From positions 7,846-71,845 of the forward strand of contig CAIQTY010000030.1 of the NCBI GenBank assembly GCA_903874955.1: a stretch of DNA of 64,000 nt, in the 5' to 3' direction. Shown in pieces: positions 48,301-56,479 of the stretch; within the stretch, counting starts at the first letter, position 1, and the number at the start of each line of letters is the position of its first letter. The notes below the pieces were generated by a model, which was not told the DNA's origin, made no database searches, and saw only the letters and a program-made list of their open reading frames with translations. The position numbers and the translations under genes were made by a program. The stretch comes from an uncultured Alphaproteobacteria bacterium. Lineage in GTDB: Bacteria > Pseudomonadota > Alphaproteobacteria > Paracaedibacterales > CAITNM01.

Positions 48301-48482
48301 GTTGCCATAATTTCAGGACTTGCCCCAGGTAAGGATGCTTGCACGCTTATGGTGGGAAATTCAATTTGGGGTAGTGGAGAAACAGGCATTAACCCATAAG
48401 CCAGTATGCCAGCAAGAGCAATACCAACAGCCAAAAGGGTCGTCCCAATTGGTCTTTCAATAAAAATTAATAAAAATTTCAT
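45396..48482 (-). CDS. mdtC: RND multidrug efflux permease, MdtC/MuxC-type
   Basis: 1028 aa, AcrB/HAE1 architecture (FIERPIGTTLL..., VVDDAVVVVENI). Second of two tandem RND permeases. Confidence 0.8.
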   Translation of the reverse strand: MKFLLIFIERPIGTTLLAVGIALAGILAYGLMPVSPLPQIEFPTISVQASLPGASPEIMATSVATPLERQLGLISGVAEMTSASGLGSTTVNIQFDLDRNINGAARDVQAAIIASKSSLPTQLPSQPTYRIVNPADPPIMVIALTSPLSTTGEMYDIASTILQQKLSQIDGVGQVIVAGSSLPAVRVDLNLMALNEYGLGSQDVRNLLAKANINFPKGQVTEGDKSFEILASDQLFKAEAYKSLILSYKNNAVVKLSDVANVYDSVEDIRNAGFSNGKPTVLLVVFKRPGSNIIETVDGIKNSLDYLRLTIPANINLNIVMDRTTTIRASLHEVKFTLVLSILLVILVIYKFLGNFRAALVPSIAVPLSLLGTFGIMYLLGYSLDNLSLMALTIATGFVVDDAVVVVENISRHIESGKKPLQAAILGASEVSFTVISMSFSLIAVFIPILLMNGIVGRLFREFSISLSISILVSMFVSLTITPMMSAYLISAKSDEQNSKFDLIQWLRKKYRASLAWALRRPGLMLSLTACTIMLNVFLFTTISKGFFPIQDTGRISGSLQAQQDISFHSLKDKLAQYMKIVGDDPGVKHVTGYVGGSNSATTNSGRIFITLKDLKERDHVSADEIINRLRKKFGVITGASLFLRASQDIVVGARQTSADFQYTLSAYDLETLNKWSPILLKEFAKVTGVVDVNTDQLNQGLEILLKINRENASRLGVTPSIIDDVLYDAFGQRQVSKTYTLMNQYHVVMGVPPRLWRDPSILKEFYVNSPNGKQVPLSTFVDFVPNSTLLVVNHHDQLPAATISFNLLPGYSLGDAIDKMRETIEKIGLPVDKIQGSFQGTAQAFQKSLASEPYLILAALVAVYIVLGILYESTIHPVTILSTLPSAGVGAFLGLMLTGGELNVIALIGILLLIGIVKKNAIMIIDFALDIQRKRKRSPQVAIYEACIMRFRPIMMTTVTALLSALPLVVSNGDGAELRKPLGISIIGGLILSQIVTLYTTPVIYLTFERISKRFRRSSLSENYQKI

Positions 48483-51400
48483 TTTGATTTAGCAACTGGA
48501 TTAGTTTTATTTACCCAATCTCTAAAAAGTATCCCTGCCTTAGCAGACCAGCGATCAAAAGCTAAATAGATAACTGGCGTTGTATAAAGGGTAAGCAGTT
48601 GACTCAAAACCAGTCCGCCAATGAGCGTAATACCAAGAGGTCTGCGAAGTTCAGAACCAATTCCAGAACTTAATGCTAAAGGCACAGCCCCCAAAAGTGC
48701 TGCCATTGTTGTCATAAGAATAGGTCTAAAACGCAAAATACATGCTTCGTAAATAGCTTCTTCAGGCGATTTACCAAGATTTCTCTGTTGATCCAAAGCA
48801 AAATCAATAATCATGATCGCATTTTTTTTAACGATTCCAATCAAAAGGATAATACCAATAATAGCGATAATGCTTAATTCATTCCCTGTCAGTAAAAGAG
48901 CAACCAATGCCCCGATACCAGCGGAAGGAAGCGTTGATAAAATCGTTATGGGATGGATAAAACTCTCATACAAAATACCTAAAACAATATAAACCACAAC
49001 AATTGCAGCAATAATTAACCAGCCCTCGTTATCAAGGGAACTTTGAAATATCTTGGCAGTACCTTCAAATACAGCCTGAATGCTATCTGGCATGCCTATG
49101 TCTTGCTTGGCTTCATTAATAGCCGTGACGGCTTCTCCTAAAGATGTAGATTCCGGCAAATTAAATGAAATAGTTGATACTGGAAATTGTCCCTGACGAT
49201 TAATAACCAAAGGTCCTTTTTCTTCAGAAATTTCTGCAATTGTGCTGAATGGAACCGCGCCACCCTTAGAAGAACTAATATAAAGGTTACTAAAGGCATC
49301 TTGTTTTTGCTGAAGTTCTGGGAAAATTTCAAGCACCACATGATACTGATTAACTTGAGTGTATAATGTTAAAACTTGGCGCTGGCCAAAGGCATCATAC
49401 AAAATGTTATCGATTTGTTCGGGCGTTATTCCGAGACGGGAAGCATTATCTCGGTTAATTTTTACAACTTTTCGAAGACCATGATTTTGTTGATCGCTAG
49501 CAATGTCTTTTAGCTTGTCTTCTTTTTTTAACCTTTCCAGAAAAAGTTCGGTCCATTTCTCAACCTCTTTTTGATCAGGAGCATTCAAACTAAATTGGTA
49601 CTGGGTAAAGCTTACGCGGTCATTTATAGTCAGATCTTGAACCGGCTGCATGTAGAGCGTGATACCCGAAATAGCTTCTAATTTATTTTGTAAGCGTGTA
49701 ATAATTTTACTTATATTTTTGCGTTCTTCTGCTGGTTTTAGATTAATGAGAATGCGACCACTATTGAGCGAGGTGTTTGTTCCATCGATACCTATAAAAG
49801 ATGAAAGGCTTGCAACAGATGGATCTTTTAAAACAAGCTCTGCCAGGGCTTTTTGACGCCTCGACATTTCTGTAAAAGATATTGATTGTGGTGCTTCGGA
49901 AATACCTTGAATAATTCCTGTATCTTGATCAGGGAAAAACCCCTTAGGAATAAAATAAAAAAGAATACCCGTCAGAAAAAGCGTTAAAACAGCGATATTC
50001 AGCACTGTTTTTTGATTATTTAAAACAACCTGTAAAGATGATTTATACGCTTCAATTATTTTGTTAAGAAGCCCTTTTTTTTCACGCTCAGGATCATGAT
50101 GCTCTTGGGTTAGCAACCTTGAACATAACATCGGCGTCAAACTTAGGGATATAAAAGCTGAAATCAAAATCGTAACTGATAGCGTAATGGCAAATTCTCT
50201 AAACAATCGACCGATCAAATCGCCCATAAAAAATAACGGAATCATCACTGCTATTAATGAAATAGTAAGAGAGATAATCGTAAATCCTATTTGCTTTGAC
50301 CCCTTAAGAGCTGCATCTAATGGAGAATCACCTTCTTCGATATAACGAGAAATATTTTCAACCACCACAATGGCATCATCTACTACAAAACCTGCGGCAA
50401 TTGTAAGAGCCATGATGCTTAGGTTATTTAAGCTAAAACCTGCTAGATACATCACTGCAAAAGTAGCCACTAGAGAAAGAGGGATCACAAGACTTGGGAT
50501 CAACGTAACAGCAACTCTTTTTAAAAACAAAAAAACAACAAGAACCACCAACAAAACCGATAAACATAAATCAAATTGCGCATCGCTAATTGAAGCTCTG
50601 ATTGTTGTTGTGCGATCAGTCAAAAGATCTACTTGAATTGCTGATGGAAGTGACGCAGTTAAACGCGGAATTAATTCTTTAATTTCGTCGACAACCTTAA
50701 TAACGTTCGCACCCGGTTGGCGATTAATATTCAAGATTATAGCTGGTGTTTCGTTCATCCATGCTGCTTGCTTTATGTCCTCAGCATCATCAACAACATG
50801 TGCAATATCACTAAGACGCACCGGTGCTTGATTTTTGTAAGTTACGACCAAAGGCTTAAAGTCATCGCTTTTCAAAAGCTGGTCATTGGCGTTAATAGCA
50901 TAGGCCTGTTTATCACCATCAAAACTGCCTTTTGGTTGGTTTGTGCTAGCGTTTACTAATGCGCTTCGAACATCTTCAAGGGTAATACCATAAGAAGCCA
51001 AAGAATTAGGATTACATTGAATTCTTATTGATGGGCGCTGTCCACCACTTATACTAACCAATCCCACTCCGCTTAGCTGCGATAATTTTTGCAAAAAATG
51101 CGTTTCTGCTAAATCTTCAACTTTTGGCAAAGGAAGAGTTTTTGATGTCATAGCAAACGTTAAAATAGGGGGATCTGCCGGATTCACTTTGTTGTAGATA
51201 GGAGGATTTGGCAAAGTTGAGGGCAAATAGGTAGAAGCCGAATTTATGGCGGCCTGAACCTCTTGCTCCGCCACATCAAGATTTGTCTCCAAACTAAATT
51301 TAAGGTGGATGAGTGACGAACCCGTTGAACTAGTCGACGTCATTTGGCTAAGCCCTGTCATCTGACCAAATTGCTTTTCAAGCGGAGCCGTAATCAAAGA

Positions 51401-51580
51401 AGCCATCACTTCCGGACTTGCTCCAGGATAAAAAGTTGAAACCCGAATCGTTGGGTATTCAATCTCCGGCAAAGCAGCAACGGGCAACAACCGATAGCCC
51501 AATATGCCAACAAGGGAAAGTGCAAGCATTATTAGAGACGTCGCAACTGGCCTATTGATAAAAAACTGCGATGGATTCAT
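48479..51580 (-). CDS. mdtB: RND multidrug efflux permease, MdtB/MuxB-type
   Basis: 1033 aa; FINRPVATSLIM..., VVDDAIVVVENI. Overlaps both neighbours by 4 nt. Confidence 0.8.
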   Translation of the reverse strand: MNPSQFFINRPVATSLIMLALSLVGILGYRLLPVAALPEIEYPTIRVSTFYPGASPEVMASLITAPLEKQFGQMTGLSQMTSTSSTGSSLIHLKFSLETNLDVAEQEVQAAINSASTYLPSTLPNPPIYNKVNPADPPILTFAMTSKTLPLPKVEDLAETHFLQKLSQLSGVGLVSISGGQRPSIRIQCNPNSLASYGITLEDVRSALVNASTNQPKGSFDGDKQAYAINANDQLLKSDDFKPLVVTYKNQAPVRLSDIAHVVDDAEDIKQAAWMNETPAIILNINRQPGANVIKVVDEIKELIPRLTASLPSAIQVDLLTDRTTTIRASISDAQFDLCLSVLLVVLVVFLFLKRVAVTLIPSLVIPLSLVATFAVMYLAGFSLNNLSIMALTIAAGFVVDDAIVVVENISRYIEEGDSPLDAALKGSKQIGFTIISLTISLIAVMIPLFFMGDLIGRLFREFAITLSVTILISAFISLSLTPMLCSRLLTQEHHDPEREKKGLLNKIIEAYKSSLQVVLNNQKTVLNIAVLTLFLTGILFYFIPKGFFPDQDTGIIQGISEAPQSISFTEMSRRQKALAELVLKDPSVASLSSFIGIDGTNTSLNSGRILINLKPAEERKNISKIITRLQNKLEAISGITLYMQPVQDLTINDRVSFTQYQFSLNAPDQKEVEKWTELFLERLKKEDKLKDIASDQQNHGLRKVVKINRDNASRLGITPEQIDNILYDAFGQRQVLTLYTQVNQYHVVLEIFPELQQKQDAFSNLYISSSKGGAVPFSTIAEISEEKGPLVINRQGQFPVSTISFNLPESTSLGEAVTAINEAKQDIGMPDSIQAVFEGTAKIFQSSLDNEGWLIIAAIVVVYIVLGILYESFIHPITILSTLPSAGIGALVALLLTGNELSIIAIIGIILLIGIVKKNAIMIIDFALDQQRNLGKSPEEAIYEACILRFRPILMTTMAALLGAVPLALSSGIGSELRRPLGITLIGGLVLSQLLTLYTTPVIYLAFDRWSAKAGILFRDWVNKTNPVAKSK

Positions 51581-52833
51581 AGCATAAGTTTATTTTCAGC
51601 CAGAGATTTCAATGACGACTTTTCGCTTGGAATATCACTTACTAATTTTTTCTCTGTAACTTTAACGGGTATTCCATCATTCAATTTATCGGTGCCATCA
51701 ATGACAACATAATCTCTAAGTTTTATATCGCCAATGATAGCCGTATCATCTCCGTTCACTGTTTTAACCTCAACCGGAACAACTTTCACCGTATTATTTT
51801 TTTGAACTTTGTAAACAAAAGATCCAGTTGGGCTATGTTGGATTGCAGAAGTCGGAATAATTTTTGAACCTTTTTGCGTTTCTATAAGCAGGCGAACATT
51901 CACAAATTGATTTGGAAAAAAACGATTATTTTCGTTATCAAAATGCGCTTTAAGCTTTACAGAACCCGTTGTGTTATCAATTTGATTATCAATTGTCGAC
52001 AAAATGCCCGTACCCAGTAAATGATTTTGTTCACGGTCAAATGCATCCACTTTTAACTTATCGCCTTCCTTCATGCGTTGAGCAACTTTTTGAAGCGAAT
52101 CTTGGGGGATTGAAAAAACAACAAAAACAGGATCAACACTGTTAACAATAACTATTCCGTTAGGATCAGTCACTTGAACATAATTTCCTGGGTCAACCTG
52201 GCGAATACCAACCTTACCCGCTATAGGCGTTTTAATATCGCAGTAGGTCCGATTAAGTCGGGCTGAATCAACCAACCCCTGGTCTGACTTTACAGTTCCT
52301 TCATACTGCTGAACCAGTGATTTTTGCGTATCTAAGGTTTGCGATGAAATAGCCCCTCGCAATACTAAATTTTTATAACGCTCGTGATCTTTTTTCGCGT
52401 TTTTCAAAAGGGCAAGATCTTTTGCTAATTGCCCCTCATACTGCAAGAGTTGAGCCTCATAAGGTCTTGGGTCAATTTCTGCCAGTAAATCTCCAGCTTC
52501 AACCAATTGTCCTTCTTGAAACAACACCTTTAGGAGCTGTCCATTGATCTGCGTTTTGATAACAACGCTTCTATCAGGCACTACTGAACCTAAGGCAGTT
52601 ATATAAACGGGTATGTCTTCTCGTCTTGCACTAGAAATTAAAACACTAGGAGCTGGTTTTGCGTTCTTTTTAGCCGCTTCTTTCGCTGAAGTGCGGTGCC
52701 CCAAAAATGCTTTAGAAATTAAAAATACTAAACAAATTATAAACGCCCAGAAAAGAAACTTATGCTTTACAATAAAGATCTTGAATAGACTCTGAATGTC
52801 CTTGAATGAGAGCATTAAGTTTAGCACTTTCAA
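51577..52833 (-). CDS. mdtA: RND efflux periplasmic adaptor (membrane fusion protein), MdtA/MuxA-type
   Basis: N-terminal anchor, lipoyl/hairpin/beta-barrel pattern (GQLVEAGDLLAEIDPRPYEAQL...IKTPIAGKVG). Confidence 0.8.
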   Translation of the reverse strand: MKVLNLMLSFKDIQSLFKIFIVKHKFLFWAFIICLVFLISKAFLGHRTSAKEAAKKNAKPAPSVLISSARREDIPVYITALGSVVPDRSVVIKTQINGQLLKVLFQEGQLVEAGDLLAEIDPRPYEAQLLQYEGQLAKDLALLKNAKKDHERYKNLVLRGAISSQTLDTQKSLVQQYEGTVKSDQGLVDSARLNRTYCDIKTPIAGKVGIRQVDPGNYVQVTDPNGIVIVNSVDPVFVVFSIPQDSLQKVAQRMKEGDKLKVDAFDREQNHLLGTGILSTIDNQIDNTTGSVKLKAHFDNENNRFFPNQFVNVRLLIETQKGSKIIPTSAIQHSPTGSFVYKVQKNNTVKVVPVEVKTVNGDDTAIIGDIKLRDYVVIDGTDKLNDGIPVKVTEKKLVSDIPSEKSSLKSLAENKLML

Positions 52834-52916
52834 TAACTGTAACTTAATTATATGCCTATAAACAAATTATCAGCAATTCAGATCTTGAAAGGTGACTTTA
52901 CTCAAAGCCACAAAAT

Positions 52917-54284
52917 TTAAATATGATTTTTTATTTCTTCATAGTTTTTCTCAGGGCGGAAAATTTCAACTGGAAGCTGGAGGCCTTCAGCAGTCAGTTG
53001 CCCTTGCAGCAACAACATTTGATACATATATAAATAGTACTGTTGAACCGTGTTAATTTGATCAAGTTTTGCCTGCAAAAGCTGAGCTTGCGCATTCAAA
53101 ACATCGAGCAAAATTTTTGTACCAACTTGCATTTCTTGGGTCGTACCATCCAAGGCCACTTGTTGCGCTTCTACCTGTTTTGATGAATTTTCCATATTAA
53201 TTTTACATGCTACGAACGTTCTATAGGCTTGCACGCAGGCTTGAACGATTTGCTGTTTAACGTTTTCAAAGTTGATGCGCTTTGCAATAACTGTTTCCGA
53301 TGCCTGACGACGCTGCGAACGCGTTGAACCAGCATCATATAAAGGTATCGTTAAATTTAATCCAACTTGATTATTGAACTGGGTTTCACTAGGTCTTGTC
53401 GTAATGTCAATGTTGTTAACATTTGTTTTATTGTTATTGAAAAACTTCGATGTACTTGCTGTTAAATCAACAGAAGGCAATAGCCCACCCGTTGCAGCTT
53501 TTTTACTTTGCTTAGCAGACGAAATCTCTTCGAGCGCTTGTTTTATTTTTGGATTTTCCCGCAACGCTAGATCTTGCAATGTTTCAACCGAACTTGGAAC
53601 ATCAACAATTTCCTTTGGACGATCTACTTTTTCTGGCGCTTGTTCGCCTGTTAATTGCGTGTAGGTAGCCTTTGCTGCTTCTAGTTCTGCTTTAGCCAAT
53701 TGGAGCTTTGCTTCAGCCTCAAGATATTTTCCCTCTGCTAAAGCCTCTTGAGTTCGTGTTTCCTCACCGATATCTTTTTTCGTTTGCGCAGACTCATAAT
53801 TTTGTCTGGTTACAGTTAAATTGGCATTATAAACTTCAACCGCAGCATATTTCGCGTATAAGTCAAGGTAGGCTTTTATCACTTGCAAAAACAACTGTTG
53901 TTCCTTGTCTTTTAACTGCGCCCAAAGACCTGCTATATCGTGTTCTGTTTGCGATACCTTTGCTACATCTGAAAATCCCTTAAAGAGATTTTGTTGAAGT
54001 TTTACTGCACCCTCTTGCCTTTTATCTAACCCTTTATAGGTAGGAGCACCACCATAATGGCGCGTTCTTGATTTTGATATGCTACTGCCTGCACTAGCCT
54101 GAATCGTAGGCCTAAAGCCTGCTTTGGCTTGAACTATAGCTTCATGCTTAGCAAGAACATCCTGCCTTGTCGCCAAAAGATCTTGGTTATTCTTATATGC
54201 CGACATTAACGCATCTCTTACATTCAGGGCATGAGCAGACCCACAACTTAATAAAGTTGCTAAAAAAACAATACGAAATTTCAT
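52917..54284 (-). CDS. tolC: TolC family outer-membrane channel
   Basis: Signal peptide MKFRIVFLATLLSCGSAHA and duplicated OEP repeats. Alphaproteobacterial synteny with pcm. Confidence 0.85.
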   Translation of the reverse strand: MKFRIVFLATLLSCGSAHALNVRDALMSAYKNNQDLLATRQDVLAKHEAIVQAKAGFRPTIQASAGSSISKSRTRHYGGAPTYKGLDKRQEGAVKLQQNLFKGFSDVAKVSQTEHDIAGLWAQLKDKEQQLFLQVIKAYLDLYAKYAAVEVYNANLTVTRQNYESAQTKKDIGEETRTQEALAEGKYLEAEAKLQLAKAELEAAKATYTQLTGEQAPEKVDRPKEIVDVPSSVETLQDLALRENPKIKQALEEISSAKQSKKAATGGLLPSVDLTASTSKFFNNNKTNVNNIDITTRPSETQFNNQVGLNLTIPLYDAGSTRSQRRQASETVIAKRINFENVKQQIVQACVQAYRTFVACKINMENSSKQVEAQQVALDGTTQEMQVGTKILLDVLNAQAQLLQAKLDQINTVQQYYLYMYQMLLLQGQLTAEGLQLPVEIFRPEKNYEEIKNHI

Positions 54285-54296
54285 GATTTCCCTCAG

Positions 54297-54611
54297 TTAA
54301 TATACCGGCACAGAGTGATCTATTTCCCTACTCCACGCGTCAATTCCACCTTCTACATTGTAAACAGAAGAAAAACCACGCTGCAAAAGAAAGTCCCCAA
54401 CTCTAGCACTTCTTACACCATGATGGCACATTACAGCAATTAAACATGAGGGATCAAGTTCATTAATTTTAACGCCAATATCTTTAAGCGGTATATGAAC
54501 TGCCCCTTCGAGATGAGCAATTTCCCATTCCCAACGCTCTCGAACATCAAGTACTAAAAAATGCTTTCTTCGCTCAGAAAGTTCTTGAACTGAAATCGAT
54601 TGCATAATCAA
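54297..54611 (-). CDS. rhodanese-like sulfurtransferase domain protein
   Basis: Active-site loop CHHGVRS; 104 aa single-domain protein. Confidence 0.85.
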   Translation of the reverse strand: MIMQSISVQELSERRKHFLVLDVRERWEWEIAHLEGAVHIPLKDIGVKINELDPSCLIAVMCHHGVRSARVGDFLLQRGFSSVYNVEGGIDAWSREIDHSVPVY

Positions 54612-55276
54612 AATACAAAATGCTCGGGTTCAATAAATTCTGTACATGGCGGCATATTTGCTTCAACAGCAAAAACCTCAGTAAGAGAATCGTGTGTTTT
54701 TTCAAACACACAGGCTCTTGCACAATCATTTTCACTAGCAGTGAGACAAATAGCCAACCTTCCTTTTTCACCTAATTGCTCTACAAGGGAATCCGGCACT
54801 GACGAAAGCCCCAACTCAACAATAATAGATCTATAAGGGGATTGCTGAATAAACCCAGCCTTCAAAGGACCACTATGGATTTCAATATGGTATTTTTTTA
54901 GTTTATCCCGGCACTTGGAAACTAAAATAGGATGAGACTCAACAACATAAGCCTTGCATCCCAATTCAAGCAAGACTGTTGCTGTATATCCATAGTTTCC
55001 TCCAACCACAAGAACTTTATCATTCGGCAAAAGGTTTAAATTTTGCAAAAGCAGTCCCAGGGTCTGCGGTGCAAAAAGATAGCGACCTGGAATATCACAA
55101 AAAACGGGCGCATCACCGTACGCTAAAGGCAAAGAAGTAACCGGGACAAAATGCTCCCTGGGAACTTTATCGAGCACATTCAAGATTGTTTTATCGGTAA
55201 CACCGTTTGTTTTTAACTGGGCAAACACCATGTTAGCTCTGGCATCTTTAATAGGATCAGCACGATGAACACGCAT
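54608..55276 (-). CDS. pcm: protein-L-isoaspartate O-methyltransferase
   Basis: VPREHFVP..., a SAM-binding region VLVVGGNYGYTATVL, and synteny upstream of tolC. Confidence 0.8.
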   Translation of the reverse strand: MRVHRADPIKDARANMVFAQLKTNGVTDKTILNVLDKVPREHFVPVTSLPLAYGDAPVFCDIPGRYLFAPQTLGLLLQNLNLLPNDKVLVVGGNYGYTATVLLELGCKAYVVESHPILVSKCRDKLKKYHIEIHSGPLKAGFIQQSPYRSIIVELGLSSVPDSLVEQLGEKGRLAICLTASENDCARACVFEKTHDSLTEVFAVEANMPPCTEFIEPEHFVF

Positions 55277-55346
55277 CCCTTGACCTTCAACTGTAAACTT
55301 GTGTATTCATTATAGACGTGCAACTAGCGCTTTGACAAAAGTAAAT

Positions 55347-55420
55347 GGCCGGGTGGCAGAATGGTTATGCAGAGGATTGCAAATCCTTTGATGTCGGTTC
55401 GATTCCGGTCCCGGCCTCCA
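55347..55420 (+). tRNA. tRNA-Cys (anticodon GCA)
   Basis: Acceptor GGCCGGG/CCCGGCC plus U-CCA, anticodon loop TTGCAAA, T-loop TTCGATT. Length 74 nt. Confidence 0.9.
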
Positions 55421-55450
55421 AGCTTTTGTTTTACAGGGATATGTTCTTGC

Positions 55451-56272
55451 TTAGTTCAAAGATTTAACCCCAGACGATACAAGAGCTTTTTTTATTTTCA
55501 CAACCGATTGATTTTCAATCTGACGTACTCTTTCTTTTGTAATGCCGTAATACCTGCTTATTTCATCAAGAGTTGTCGGAGGTTCGTTGATTTTACGCTT
55601 TAAAAGAATATCCCACTCTCGTTCTTTAAGTAATAACTTTATTTTGTCATACAATATTTTGTAAAAATCCTGCTGTTGATTATTAATCATTACTGAATCA
55701 ATTAATTCTTGTTCATCGGGCAATACATCAAGAAACGTTATTTCATAGCTTTCGTTGATTTTTTGATCAAGATATTGATCTTTTTGCATCAACCGACCAT
55801 ACATATTCTCCACCTCATCAACAGAAATAGACAGCACTTTTGCAATAGCATTTGCTGTTTCAAGTTCTAAATCTAAAGTTTGAAGTTTTTCCAAGCTCCG
55901 TTTTAAGTAGCGAAGCTGAAAAAATAATTTCTTGTGCATTGCTGTTGTACCAACCCTTACAATTGACCAATTTCGCAAAACGTAGTCCTGGCAACTAGCA
56001 TTTACCCACCACCTTGCATAGGAAGAAAAACGCACCTCACGGCCTGTATCGTATTTACAAAGCGCGACACAAAGCCCGAGCCATGCCTCTTGGATTAAAT
56101 CTTCAACTGGAATTCCATAATATTGATATTTTTTAACAGCATTGATGACAAGCGGCTGGAATGCCAAAAGAAAATCGCTTGCATTACCTATATTTAAAAA
56201 AGTCTGCCATTCCTCTATAAGACTCTTTTCTTGTTTTTGAGATAGAAAAACTTGGACAATTTTTTGAGACAT
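55451..56272 (-). CDS. rpoH: RNA polymerase sigma-32 factor RpoH
   Basis: RpoH-box-like MHKKLFFQLRYLK, region 2 (LIQEAWLGLCVALCKYD) and region 4 HTH (LDEISRYYGITKERVRQIENQS). Confidence 0.85.
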   Translation of the reverse strand: MSQKIVQVFLSQKQEKSLIEEWQTFLNIGNASDFLLAFQPLVINAVKKYQYYGIPVEDLIQEAWLGLCVALCKYDTGREVRFSSYARWWVNASCQDYVLRNWSIVRVGTTAMHKKLFFQLRYLKRSLEKLQTLDLELETANAIAKVLSISVDEVENMYGRLMQKDQYLDQKINESYEITFLDVLPDEQELIDSVMINNQQQDFYKILYDKIKLLLKEREWDILLKRKINEPPTTLDEISRYYGITKERVRQIENQSVVKIKKALVSSGVKSLN

Positions 56273-56479
56273 AAATAAAAAACCACCTAAATTAATAATT
56301 TTACAATATATATTGATTATTTAAATTTTATTAACAGTAAAATAAATAAAAATTAATTAAATTTAATTTTCTCTTTTATGAAAACCTGATTCTCAATATT
56401 AAGAAAAATCCTTTTAACCATTATTTAATATTTTTGGGTTACAACAGAATATAGGTATTACTCTAAGTAGGTTTTAAAT

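Noticed and set aside
45396-54284. Two outer-membrane channels (OpmB-like OMF and TolC) near one RND system as an anomaly
   Set aside because: A MuxABC-OpmB-type operon normally carries its own OMF. The neighbouring pcm-rhodanese-tolC cluster is standard alphaproteobacterial housekeeping synteny.
55361-55603. 80-aa plus-strand ORF
   Set aside because: It starts inside tRNA-Cys and runs antisense into rpoH, so it is spurious.
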